From Aquirufa sp. (GTDB taxonomy: Bacteria > Bacteroidota > Bacteroidia > Cytophagales > Spirosomataceae): a stretch of DNA of 33,239 nucleotides. Position numbers and translations under genes: made by a program. A model generated the notes under the pieces. It ran no database searches and had not been told where the DNA came from. It saw only the letters and a program-made list of their open reading frames with translations. Shown piece by piece: positions 8,843 to 18,129 of the stretch (within the stretch, counting starts at the first letter, position 1; every line of letters starts with the position of its first letter). The stretch covers positions 1 to 33,239 of the forward strand of contig JBJTMW010000164.1 in NCBI GenBank assembly GCA_046070715.1. The letters are read 5' to 3'.

Positions 8843-9736
8843 ATGAATCGCCGTGATTTTGCCTCCATCTTAGGAGCTAGTTTATTGATTCCCTCGTTTT
8901 CGAAAGGATCTACATTGGCGCGCGAAAAGCCATTTGAATTGAACTATGCCCCCCATTTTGGAATGTTTAAAAACCACGCTGGACCTAGTGAACTGGATCA
9001 ATTGCAATTTATGTATGATCAAGGGTTCACTGCGCTAGAGGACAATGAACTCATGGAGAGACCGGTAGCTTTACAAGAGAAAATCGGGGAGAAATTAGCT
9101 AAGCTCAACATGAAAATGGGCGTCTTTGTGATCAAATTCGACGGTTTCTTTGATAAGCAAACGATGACTACGGGCAAAAAGGAATGGACGGATTTATTCC
9201 TGGCCTCTTGCAGGAAGGCAGTAGAAACTTCCAAACGCGTAAATGCGAAATGGGCGACGGTCGTTCCGGGTAATTTCACCCGGGATCTTCCGATCGGTAT
9301 TCAAACAGGTCACGTCATTGATAACTTGAAACGTGCGGTAGAAATCTTAGAACCTGCTGGTTTAACGATGGTTCTTGAGCCTTTGAGCGACAATCCTGAC
9401 TTATTTTTACGTTTTTCAGATCAAACCTACAGCATCTGCCGGGCGGTGGACTCCGCTTCCTGCAAAATCCTATTTGACATGTATCACATGCAACGAAACG
9501 AAGGAAATCTGATCGCTAATATGGATAAATGTTGGGATGAAATTGCCTATTTCCAAATAGGTGATAATCCAGGACGCAAAGAACCCAGCACCGGTGAGGT
9601 AAATTACCAAAACATTTTCAAGCACCTAAAACAAAAAGGATATTCCGGCGTTTTAGGGATGGAACACGGAAATTCAAAGCCGGGAAAGGAAGGAGAACTC
9701 GCTTTAATCGAGGCGTATCGCAAATCTGATGTCTAA
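8843..9736 (+). CDS. Tat-exported hydroxypyruvate isomerase / xylose-isomerase-like TIM-barrel protein
   Basis: Twin-arginine signal MNRRDF. Motifs LEPL, FDMYH, QIGDNPGRKEPSTGEVNY and GMEH. Confidence 0.88.
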   Translation: MNRRDFASILGASLLIPSFSKGSTLAREKPFELNYAPHFGMFKNHAGPSELDQLQFMYDQGFTALEDNELMERPVALQEKIGEKLAKLNMKMGVFVIKFDGFFDKQTMTTGKKEWTDLFLASCRKAVETSKRVNAKWATVVPGNFTRDLPIGIQTGHVIDNLKRAVEILEPAGLTMVLEPLSDNPDLFLRFSDQTYSICRAVDSASCKILFDMYHMQRNEGNLIANMDKCWDEIAYFQIGDNPGRKEPSTGEVNYQNIFKHLKQKGYSGVLGMEHGNSKPGKEGELALIEAYRKSDV

Positions 9737-9788
9737 TATTTGCATTTCTAACTTTTAATTTAGACATTCGCTTAATTATCTAATTAAG
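9730..9788 (+). promoter_or_regulatory. Putative ArsR autoregulatory operator/promoter
   Basis: Perfect 8-2-8 inverted repeat CTTAATTA-TC-TAATTAAG (9771-9788) abuts the ATG. Further half-sites: TGTCTAA (9730-9736), TTAGACA (9760-9766), TATCTAA (9777-9783). Confidence 0.55.
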
Positions 9789-10082
9789 ATGGACGCAACA
9801 TTCAAAGCAATCAACGACCCTACCCGGAGAGAGATCTTGCAATTCTTAGTCAATGGCCCTCAAAACGCCGGACAAATTGCTAGTCAGTTTGATATGAGTA
9901 AACCGAGCATTTCGCATCATTTGGATCTGTTAAAACAGGCCAAACTGATTCAAGCGGATAAAAAAGGACAATTCATTGAATACAAACTTGATAAAACCGG
10001 ATTTGAAGTCATTCATACTTGGTTCAAATCGTTCTCTACCTATTTTGAATTCCCCAAGCCTAAAATTAGAATCGAAATTTAA
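9789..10082 (+). CDS. ArsR/SmtB-family transcriptional repressor (SdpR-like)
   Basis: FKAINDPTRREIL...AGQIASQFDMSKPSISHHLDLLKQA...KKGQFIEY winged HTH; no Cys residues. Confidence 0.92.
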   Translation: MDATFKAINDPTRREILQFLVNGPQNAGQIASQFDMSKPSISHHLDLLKQAKLIQADKKGQFIEYKLDKTGFEVIHTWFKSFSTYFEFPKPKIRIEI

Positions 10083-10090
10083 TCTGTTTT

Positions 10091-10597
10091 ATGATGTCTC
10101 TTCACCTACCCAGCACATTCCAATTTATACAATCATATTTACCCGCTAACACGAAAAGCCTAGGAATTACTACGCTTTCGAAGCGCAATTTCTTCCAATC
10201 TATCGGTGATTTTTTTGCTGAGAAATCAGGCAAAAAGCGTGTTTCCTATGTAGCCGTAGGCGATGACTTTATCACACAATTACATTTTCAGGGAGAAAGC
10301 TTAATCGCTGAAAAAACGATTCAATTAGCTCAATTAGATCATTTTTATGTATCGGAAGGCCAAACGCCGGATGGAATCATCCACCATTTATCTTGCGATG
10401 CCACTGTTATCGTTTCAGCAAAGAAAAGGGAAGACTACCACATCAAAATCCTTCCTTGCCTGTTAGGCGAAAACGCTAGCAATGTGCAAGCGATTCAGAG
10501 CATTCAGTGGGCACAAGAATCTAAGAAGGTGTTGACAGAAATCTTAAAAGGCTGGCCGGCACAAATCGCGAAACAAAAAGCGGAAGCAAGCGCTTAG
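10091..10597 (+). CDS. Hypothetical protein
   Basis: 168-aa ORF starting 8 nt after arsR and ending flush with the convergent MFS stop; no recognised motif. Confidence 0.65.
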   Translation: MMSLHLPSTFQFIQSYLPANTKSLGITTLSKRNFFQSIGDFFAEKSGKKRVSYVAVGDDFITQLHFQGESLIAEKTIQLAQLDHFYVSEGQTPDGIIHHLSCDATVIVSAKKREDYHIKILPCLLGENASNVQAIQSIQWAQESKKVLTEILKGWPAQIAKQKAEASA

Positions 10598-11857
10598 TTA
10601 TTCGGAGACTTTTTCATCCACTTTTAAGTCAAACAGCTCTTTCGAGGTAATGGCGACTAGGCTAACCAAGACCATCGTCACACCCGCTCCAATCAAAACG
10701 GAAGGAACGGTCCCAAAAACCTTAGCGGCCACGCCTGATTCAAAGGCGCCCATCTCATTCGAGGTACTCACGAAAACGCCATTCACAGAGGATACGCGCC
10801 CCCGCATTTCGTCTGGGGTATAGAAACGTAAGACGGTTTGGCGGATGACCACAGAAATGGAATCAAAGGCACCTGTAAAAAATAACGCAGTCACAGAAAG
10901 CCAAAAATTCGTCGATAAACCAAAAACAAAAGTCGCTAATCCAAAACCAGCAATGGCTAAAATCAAATTCCTCCAGGCGTGTTTTAGTGGTGGGAAATAG
11001 ACCAACGTAACCATGGTCACCACAGCTCCCACCGAAGGTGCGGCACGTAAAATTCCTAATCCCTCCGCCCCTACTTTCAATATATCTTCCGCAAAAATAG
11101 GCAGGATAGCTATCACGCCTCCAAACAACACGGAAAACAAATCCAATGAAATGGAATAGAGGATTATTTTTGTCTTGAATACATAGGCAATCCCTTCTCG
11201 CAAACTGTGCCAAATCGATTCATGTTGAACCGTTTTCACGGGAACGGGCCTGTTTTCGATTTGGAAAATACAAAACATCACACCTAACAATAGCGCGATC
11301 ACCGTGATCAAGGAACCCGATAAACCGGCATAAGCATACAAAAAACCCGCCACACCAGGCCCTAAAATGGAGCCTAACTGCCAAAATGAACTATTCCAGG
11401 TGGCTGCATTCGCAAAAACCTCCTTAGGTACTAAGAATGGGTTCAATGAAGAGGCGGCAGGGCTGAAAAAACCTTTGGAAAGACCAATGATAAAAATAAC
11501 CGCATAAATCGAATAGACATGAAAATCAGGATCAATCGACGTTAACTGCGTGCTGGCATACCACAAATAAACAGAGGATGCGATAATCATCGAAAGCGTC
11601 ACCTGCATGATCGTTTTCTTGTCACGGTTATCCGCAAAATGCCCCCCAAATAAAACCAACGATATAAAAGGCACAGCCTCTGCCAAGCCAATCAAACCCA
11701 GCGATAAGGGATTATGCGTAATCTTATAAATTTCATAGGCTAAAACCACTTCTTGAATTAACAAGGCAATGGTAAAAAGCGTATTTCCAGCCACATAAGC
11801 CCGAAACTCTGGAAAATGCAAGGCTTTGTAGGCGTCTTTATGTTGAAAAAATCCCAT
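10598..11857 (-). CDS. MFS transporter (DHA3/EntS-like)
   Basis: About 12 hydrophobic segments; motif A GGHFADNRDKK and C-terminal TPDEMRGRVSS. Confidence 0.92.
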   Translation of the reverse strand: MGFFQHKDAYKALHFPEFRAYVAGNTLFTIALLIQEVVLAYEIYKITHNPLSLGLIGLAEAVPFISLVLFGGHFADNRDKKTIMQVTLSMIIASSVYLWYASTQLTSIDPDFHVYSIYAVIFIIGLSKGFFSPAASSLNPFLVPKEVFANAATWNSSFWQLGSILGPGVAGFLYAYAGLSGSLITVIALLLGVMFCIFQIENRPVPVKTVQHESIWHSLREGIAYVFKTKIILYSISLDLFSVLFGGVIAILPIFAEDILKVGAEGLGILRAAPSVGAVVTMVTLVYFPPLKHAWRNLILAIAGFGLATFVFGLSTNFWLSVTALFFTGAFDSISVVIRQTVLRFYTPDEMRGRVSSVNGVFVSTSNEMGAFESGVAAKVFGTVPSVLIGAGVTMVLVSLVAITSKELFDLKVDEKVSE

Positions 11858-12581
11858 GTAATAAGTAGAAAAGTGGACTCCAAAACGCCAAATCTCCCCA
11901 AAAGCGTCTTCGTTCTGAAAGAGCCGTACGAGATAATAGGAACGTTATCCCAAATGTAACCAAAAAAGGTAAGACGATGAAGAGATCCTGGGTGGCCGCA
12001 TAAATCCCGCTGAGTAGACCCAACAGCATCCATTCCGTTTTTCTCAATCTAGCGGAATAGAAAACACTCGAAGATTCGATTAAGTTAAAAAAACACAGGT
12101 TTTGGTAAGCTAAAGCCATTAATGGCAACAAGAGGAAAATCGACTTGGGTTCGCGCACCCACACCACTAAGCCCACACCCAGGGCATATAATACCGCTGT
12201 AAAAAGCTCTTTTTCCAAGCGTAATCGGCCTTTGTGCCAGGCAAAGGCATAGCCTAAAACCAGCAACAAAAGCGAAAATCCGGCAAGCAGGACCTGAGTG
12301 CTTTGAAAGGGTAAAAGACAGGCAATGGAAAAACCCAAAAGCACAATGAACACCCTATAGAACTTGCGATGCCTTGCATGCAATTGATGGCGTTCATCCT
12401 GAATGGGTTGAAAAAGGTTATCCACCTGGCGATCTAATAAATACAAGAACCAGACGACCAAGGCTAAAATCGCCACTTCTGGAAACGGTGGAATGGATCG
12501 AAAATAAACTTTAAATAGAAATAGTTGGTACAAAACTGCCCCCAAAACTACCTCTATTGATAAATTTCTAATAAACCGCAT
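11838..12581 (-). CDS. Multi-pass membrane protein, UbiA-prenyltransferase-like
   Basis: Several TM segments; YLLDRQVD...DERH resembles the first Asp-rich UbiA motif; overlaps both neighbours. Confidence 0.6.
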   Translation of the reverse strand: MRFIRNLSIEVVLGAVLYQLFLFKVYFRSIPPFPEVAILALVVWFLYLLDRQVDNLFQPIQDERHQLHARHRKFYRVFIVLLGFSIACLLPFQSTQVLLAGFSLLLLVLGYAFAWHKGRLRLEKELFTAVLYALGVGLVVWVREPKSIFLLLPLMALAYQNLCFFNLIESSSVFYSARLRKTEWMLLGLLSGIYAATQDLFIVLPFLVTFGITFLLSRTALSERRRFWGDLAFWSPLFYLLHGIFST

Positions 12582-13380
12582 CTTTCGATCGAATAACTTG
12601 AATTTCCATCCCTACCTGAATTTTTCCGAGTGAAATAGGGACGAATTGCTGCCCAAAATAAACTTTGTGATTTATCGTACGGAACGATGCCAAAGCCTTC
12701 AACGTCTTTTTATCTGATTCCCCCGTGAGTGGATTTACGTTTACGAGGGGACAACGGGCGCAGGGTTTGGCACCTGAAAGAGAGACCGCGCCTAGCTTAA
12801 TTTCAGCCCAGGTGTCTTCCACGAAGGGATCCAGCGCTGAAACGATGATATTGGGTCTAAAGCGAAGTAAATCAACTGATTCCTCTAAGTGCTCCTGCAA
12901 CGAAGCATAGGACCCAGAACCCACTACAAGTAGCGGTAGAGAATCTGCAAAAGAAGTAGTTGCAGCCAGTTCTGTCTGGTATTTTGCCTTCATTACCCGC
13001 GGTTTTTCCGACGATATCCGAACAAGCTTTACTTCTTCCCCCAGAGCCGTTGAAAACCATTCAGACCACCCCTCCAATACCTCTCGAGCCGGCAATGTAT
13101 CCTCCCAAATTTCGATAGGAATCCAAGAGCCTAGCGAAGGCTCCCAAGGCAATTCCTTCTCTAAACCCGTCTCGGCATCCCTCACGATAAAACCACCCGG
13201 AGATTCCCTAAGTGAAAAGCGAGTCAATTCCGGCCGGGTACGCTGAGTGATAAATTTTCCGGCGGCGTCCACCAGCATAAAGCGACGATCACCACGCAAA
13301 CCTTCCTTCTCCATCACGGATTCGCTTAGTGAAACTGCGCCTAAGGACTTAATGGGGTAGATATAGAGATGTGTGACCAT
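12568..13380 (-). CDS. MOSC domain protein (MOSC_N + MOSC; YcbX/mARC-like)
   Basis: LYIYPIKS, DRRFMLVD, FADSLPLL, RFRPNI and KPCARC motifs. ATG 13380 is preferred over 13407. Confidence 0.92.
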   Translation of the reverse strand: MVTHLYIYPIKSLGAVSLSESVMEKEGLRGDRRFMLVDAAGKFITQRTRPELTRFSLRESPGGFIVRDAETGLEKELPWEPSLGSWIPIEIWEDTLPAREVLEGWSEWFSTALGEEVKLVRISSEKPRVMKAKYQTELAATTSFADSLPLLVVGSGSYASLQEHLEESVDLLRFRPNIIVSALDPFVEDTWAEIKLGAVSLSGAKPCARCPLVNVNPLTGESDKKTLKALASFRTINHKVYFGQQFVPISLGKIQVGMEIQVIRSKDAVY

Positions 13381-13384
13381 AAAA

Positions 13385-13392
13385 CAAATGTA
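13385..13392 (-). promoter_or_regulatory. -7 element TACATTTG, 4 nt upstream of the MOSC ATG
   Basis: Exact TAnnTTTG match; no clear -33 element. Confidence 0.5.
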
Positions 13393-13461
13393 AACTTTTC
13401 TGTGCAAAAAGCCTTATGGGTGCTTATAGGCTTTGGGCTTCTTATTGTGGCTTGATTTTGT

Positions 13462-13469
13462 TAAGTTTG
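13462..13469 (+). promoter_or_regulatory. -7 element TAAGTTTG for the TolC gene
   Basis: Exact TAnnTTTG match, 28 nt upstream of ATG 13498. Confidence 0.5.
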
Positions 13470-13497
13470 TTTTATTGATTGTCTGTAACCTATACCT

Positions 13498-14805
13498 ATG
13501 AAACTATTTCGCCTAGCCTTATTTGCTCTATTGTCCCCTATTGCGGCACAAGCTCAACAGATGTTAACGCTTGAAGACGCAATCCAACAGGGCATCACAA
13601 AGCAATATTCAATTCAAATTTCAAGACAAAAAGAGCGGATTGCTGCCAATGAAAATAGTTTAGGAAATGCAGGCTTTCTTCCGACAATTACGGGAACTGC
13701 GACTAAAAACTACACGATTTCAGGCTTGGATCAGTCGTTTTTTGGGGGTGTTCGCCCTCCATTAGTTCAATCAGGGGTCAACTCCAATTCTGGTAATGCC
13801 GGGGTAGCGATGGCTTGGACCTTGTATGACGGCCAAGGTATGTTTATCCTGCGTGATCGATTCAAAGAATTACAAAACCTAGGCGCGAAGCAAACGGAAT
13901 CATCTATCGAGAACCTAATTGCCTTAATTTCTTCTACTTATTATGATATTATACGCCAAAACTTACGCGTAAATAACTTCAAAAAAGGACTAGAAATCTC
14001 CAACGACCGCCTCAAATTAGCGAAAGACCGCTACGAAGTAGGACAAGGTTCCAAAGTCGATTATTATTCTGCGCAGGTCGATTTTAACGAGGACAAAGCC
14101 TTGTTAATCGCCCAAGAGCAATCCTATACCAACACGAAAATCGGATTTAACACGCTTTTAGTGAAGGACTACAAAACGGATTTTCAAATCGTTAACACCA
14201 TCGATTTACTCCCTAAATTGAAATTGAGCGAATTGAAAATGAGCGCCTTATCTCAGAACCCAACCTTGATTGGGGCGATTTTGAGTAAGAAAATCAGTGA
14301 TTTAGACACCAAGAATATCCAAAGTCAGCAAAAGCCTCAAATCGATTTATTAGCCGGCTATGCCTTGAGTAACGTGGCGAATGGCGCGGGTTTTGGGGTA
14401 GAGAAAGGAAGTAGTGACGTGTTTAACTATGGTTTAAGAGCAACGATTAATATATTCGACGGCTATAACCAGAAACGCAAGGTTCAAAATGCGAAAATTA
14501 ACGCAGAAATTGCTGCCTTGCAGATTGAAGATTTGAAGAATGCCTTATTATCTGCCTTAGAGAAGACCTATGTAACTTATGAGAATTCGATGAATCTGAT
14601 TCAATTAGAGACGGAGAATTATGCGATCGCGAAACAAAACATCGACATCGCATTTGATCGTTTCAAGGTAGGTATCGCTACTTCTTATGAATTACGGGAA
14701 GTGCAACGTAATGCGGTCGCTGCGGAGACTCGTTTAATCGAAGCGAAATTTGCGGCAAAAGCGGCAGAGATTGAATTAATTCGATTGAGCGGAAACTTGT
14801 TGTAA
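13498..14805 (+). CDS. TolC-family outer-membrane efflux protein
   Basis: Signal peptide, LTLEDAI, two OEP halves (RYEVGQGSKVD / RFKVGIATSYE) and the FLPTI and INIFDG motifs. Confidence 0.93.
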   Translation: MKLFRLALFALLSPIAAQAQQMLTLEDAIQQGITKQYSIQISRQKERIAANENSLGNAGFLPTITGTATKNYTISGLDQSFFGGVRPPLVQSGVNSNSGNAGVAMAWTLYDGQGMFILRDRFKELQNLGAKQTESSIENLIALISSTYYDIIRQNLRVNNFKKGLEISNDRLKLAKDRYEVGQGSKVDYYSAQVDFNEDKALLIAQEQSYTNTKIGFNTLLVKDYKTDFQIVNTIDLLPKLKLSELKMSALSQNPTLIGAILSKKISDLDTKNIQSQQKPQIDLLAGYALSNVANGAGFGVEKGSSDVFNYGLRATINIFDGYNQKRKVQNAKINAEIAALQIEDLKNALLSALEKTYVTYENSMNLIQLETENYAIAKQNIDIAFDRFKVGIATSYELREVQRNAVAAETRLIEAKFAAKAAEIELIRLSGNLL

Positions 14806-16578
14806 TTCTTCGTTCAGTTGTTGCTGGTACAATTCGAAGTAAAGCGATTTGTCCGCCATCAATTGATCGTGCGTCCCACTTTCCACAATCGATCCTTCTG
14901 ATAAGACAAAGATGCGATTCGCTAAACGCGCTGAAGAAACGCGGTGAGAGATAATCAGGGACGATTTCCCTGCAGTCACCTGTTTCAAATTCTCTAAAAT
15001 CGTGTGCTCCGTGTGCGTATCTACCGCTGATAAACAGTCGTCTAAGATGAGCATCTTGGGATTTTTGGCCAAAGCACGGGCAATCGACACGCGCTGTTTT
15101 TGACCACCTGAAAGTGTAATCCCTCTCTCACCCAGAATCGTCTCAAATTGATCCGGGAACTCCATGATGTTGTCATACACATCCGCTTGCTTCGCCGCCA
15201 CTTCAATGGCTTCTTGCGTTAAGGCATCATTGCCAAAACGGATATTCTCCGAAATACTCGTCGAGAACAAAAACACATCCTGCGGCACAAATCCCACAAA
15301 AGAACGCACCCAAGCCATATCCCAATCTTTCAAAGAGATACCATCTAATAAAATCTCCCCAGCACTAGGATCATAAAAACGCGCCATCAATAAGGCGACG
15401 GTCGATTTGCCGGAACCTGTTTGGCCTAATAAGGCTACGGACTCCCCTGCCCCGATCGTCAAATTTACGTTTTCTAACACCAATCGATCCGAACCTGGAT
15501 AAGCAAAACTAACGCCCTTGAACTCCCAGTTACCGATGATTTCCTGGCGAATTTGCTTACCGGTAGTTAATTCGGATTTGGCCTCTAAAAATTCATTAAT
15601 CCGCTTCTGCGAAGCTGCCGCTCGTTGAATCTGCGAACTGGTCCAGCCCAAAGCAGTCACCGGCCACGTCAACATAAACACGTACATGATGAATTCCGTG
15701 ATATTACCCACCGTCATTCGGCCAGCAATAACTTCCTGCGAACCAATGTACACCACTAAAATCGTCGAAAAACCAACTAACAACGCAATCAAAGGCGTAA
15801 AAAGGGAATCCACCTTCACTAAACCTAAAGATTTAGTTCGGTAAGCTGAGGACGCCTCCGTAAAAGCATCCAATGATTTTTTCTCTCGAACGAAGGACTT
15901 CAACACCCGAATCCCCGAAAATGCCTCCTGCGCAAAGGTCGAAATCTGTGACAGCGCAGCCTGAATCTCTTCTGATTTGCGAATGATGACCGAATTCACA
16001 TAATAGATACTCAAAGACAAAATAGGTAATGGCATCAAGACATACCACATCAATTTCTGGTTTACCTGCCACATTGAGTAAATGACAAGGATAAACACCG
16101 TGATTAAATTCAGGCCGTACATGATACTAGGCCCCACATACATCCGCACTTTCCCCACATCCTCTGAAATGCGCGCCATTAAGTCCCCCGTATTTTGTTG
16201 GCGATAGAAGGACAAGGGTAAGGTTTGGTAGTGGGTATAAATTTCGTTTTTTAACTCAAATTCGATGTGACGGGACATCACAATGAGGGTCTGGCGGACT
16301 AAAAAGAGGAATACACCTTTTAAAACGGCCATTAAAATGATTAAACCGCCATAGAAAAAGAGAGTGAAACCGAAGATTTCGTAGAAGGCTCTTTGGAGGC
16401 TAAATCCTTTGAAAAGAAAATAAATATCAATGGTTTCCGTCACTAAATCGAGCGCGTAACGCACTAATTGCGCGGGAAATACCCCGAAAAAATTCGAGAA
16501 CAACGTAAAGATAATCCCTAGAAAAAGCAGCCATTTGTACTTCCAAAAATACTGATTGATATGACTGAGTGCGCCCAT
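14776..16578 (-). CDS. ABC exporter, fused permease + ATPase (MdlA/MsbA-like)
   Basis: TMD with TGDLMARI; Walker A GQTGSGKS, signature LSGGQKQR, Walker B LILDD, H-loop SHR. Start ATG 16578 (MGALSH). Confidence 0.95.
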   Translation of the reverse strand: MGALSHINQYFWKYKWLLFLGIIFTLFSNFFGVFPAQLVRYALDLVTETIDIYFLFKGFSLQRAFYEIFGFTLFFYGGLIILMAVLKGVFLFLVRQTLIVMSRHIEFELKNEIYTHYQTLPLSFYRQQNTGDLMARISEDVGKVRMYVGPSIMYGLNLITVFILVIYSMWQVNQKLMWYVLMPLPILSLSIYYVNSVIIRKSEEIQAALSQISTFAQEAFSGIRVLKSFVREKKSLDAFTEASSAYRTKSLGLVKVDSLFTPLIALLVGFSTILVVYIGSQEVIAGRMTVGNITEFIMYVFMLTWPVTALGWTSSQIQRAAASQKRINEFLEAKSELTTGKQIRQEIIGNWEFKGVSFAYPGSDRLVLENVNLTIGAGESVALLGQTGSGKSTVALLMARFYDPSAGEILLDGISLKDWDMAWVRSFVGFVPQDVFLFSTSISENIRFGNDALTQEAIEVAAKQADVYDNIMEFPDQFETILGERGITLSGGQKQRVSIARALAKNPKMLILDDCLSAVDTHTEHTILENLKQVTAGKSSLIISHRVSSARLANRIFVLSEGSIVESGTHDQLMADKSLYFELYQQQLNEELQQVSAQSN

Positions 16579-16596
16579 AAATAGATTTATTGAATA

Positions 16597-16635
16597 CAAA
16601 GATAGGACCTTTATCAATTAAAATTCTTAATTTTG
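16597..16635. promoter_or_regulatory. Divergent -7 elements: TATCTTTG (minus, 16597-16604, ABC gene) and TAATTTTG (plus, 16628-16635, nusB operon)
   Basis: Two exact TAnnTTTG matches in the 88-bp divergent intergenic region. Confidence 0.6.
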
Positions 16636-16666
16636 GGATTCAAAACAAGACGCTCTTTTATTTCGG

Positions 16667-17830
16667 ATGGTTAACAGGAGATTACTACGTGTCAAAGCAT
16701 TTCAACAATTGTATGCTTTTTATACACAAGAACGTGCCCAATATCAATTAGCTTTTGATGGTTTAGCGACCATTTTTCAGCCTGATTTATCTTTAATGGT
16801 CGCGAAAGAGGACCAAATGCCTCGTTTAGAGGGCCTGCGACAACTTGCCGAAATTCAGTTAAAAGAGTATTTCCAAGAAATCACTTCCGAAGAAACGATT
16901 CCTACTGAAGCACAAGATGCAGCGCAATCTGTTTATCGTTTGTATCAAGCGAACGTCAAGCAAATCGCGAAAAAGTTGAAGCAAGATATGGTGAGCGAGG
17001 TCGAGTCGATCAACAAGCAATACCTGAAAATCTTGTATTATTTGCAACAATTACCCTTGATCGCGCTTTGGGATGAGAATAGACGTTTGCTGGAGAACAA
17101 TACGAAGACCTCCCTTTTGGCAAAAAATAAAGTCCTGTATATTCTTTCCAAATGGGGAGATTTACAACGCGCCTTCGACAAGAACCACATCGGCTGGTCT
17201 GAGGATGAGGAAAACTTAATTAAGAAATTATTTATTGATAACATCCTGACCGATAAAACCTTCTTAACTTACCTTCCTACGGCAGGCAAGAAGTTCGAAG
17301 ACGATTTAGCCTTCGTGGTGTATATATTGAAAAATTTCCTTTTAAAACACGAGTCTATGACGGAGTATTTTGAGGAAAAAGATTTAAATTGGTCTTTGAA
17401 TAAGGACGTGGTGAAGAGTATGGCGAACAAGACCTTTAAGATAGAGGCTTTGGAAGACCTAAGTTTACAGCCGCTCGCCATCCAATGGGAAGACGATAAA
17501 TTATTCTTTGAGGAATTATTCGATTACAGCGTCACCGAGGACAAACAATTAAGTGCTTGGATCGGGGATCAAACGAAGAACTGGGAGTCAGATCGCTTAG
17601 CGGTAGCGGATTTTATTATTCTTAAAATGGCTTTGGCCGAGATGGTGAAATTCTCTAGTATTCCAGTGAAAGTGAGCATTAACGAGTACATCGAACTAGC
17701 GAAAAACTATTCGACGCCTAAGTCTGGCCAGTTTATCAATGGTATTTTAGACGTCGTTTCGAATCGCTTAGTTCACGAAAAAGTGATTAACAAATCAGGT
17801 CGAGGATTAATCGACATAGCTAACAAATAA
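16667..17830 (+). CDS. nusB: Transcription antitermination factor NusB (long Bacteroidota form)
   Basis: N-terminal NRRLLRVKAFQQLYA; C-terminal NWESDRLA...IPVKVSINEYIELAKNYSTPKSGQFINGILD. Confidence 0.95.
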   Translation: MVNRRLLRVKAFQQLYAFYTQERAQYQLAFDGLATIFQPDLSLMVAKEDQMPRLEGLRQLAEIQLKEYFQEITSEETIPTEAQDAAQSVYRLYQANVKQIAKKLKQDMVSEVESINKQYLKILYYLQQLPLIALWDENRRLLENNTKTSLLAKNKVLYILSKWGDLQRAFDKNHIGWSEDEENLIKKLFIDNILTDKTFLTYLPTAGKKFEDDLAFVVYILKNFLLKHESMTEYFEEKDLNWSLNKDVVKSMANKTFKIEALEDLSLQPLAIQWEDDKLFFEELFDYSVTEDKQLSAWIGDQTKNWESDRLAVADFIILKMALAEMVKFSSIPVKVSINEYIELAKNYSTPKSGQFINGILDVVSNRLVHEKVINKSGRGLIDIANK

Positions 17831-17831
17831 T

Positions 17832-18128
17832 ATGAGCAAATCATCTAGATCTTTTTGGGCCTTCGTAGTAGGTGCTGCAGCAGGCGCTGTGGTAGGTATC
17901 TTATACGCTCCAGATAAAGGAGAAAATACCCGCAGTAAGTTGTATTTCCAATTGAACAAATACCGTGATCAATTAAAACAATTGATCAATGATATCGTAG
18001 ACGGTAAAGAGGTGATCGAAACTTCTGCGAAATCAGAAGGCAAAAAAGTGGTTCAAGACGCGAAAATCAAAGCGGAGAAATTGCTGGAGGACGTGGAGAA
18101 AATGATGACTCAGATTAAGGCCAAATAA
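17832..18128 (+). CDS. YtxH domain-containing protein
   Basis: GAAAGAVVGILYAPDKGENTR motif. Confidence 0.9.
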   Translation: MSKSSRSFWAFVVGAAAGAVVGILYAPDKGENTRSKLYFQLNKYRDQLKQLINDIVDGKEVIETSAKSEGKKVVQDAKIKAEKLLEDVEKMMTQIKAK

Positions 18129-18129
18129 G

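Noticed and set aside
16667-17830. Unusually long NusB as a novel fusion
   Set aside because: Extended NusB proteins are normal in Bacteroidota.
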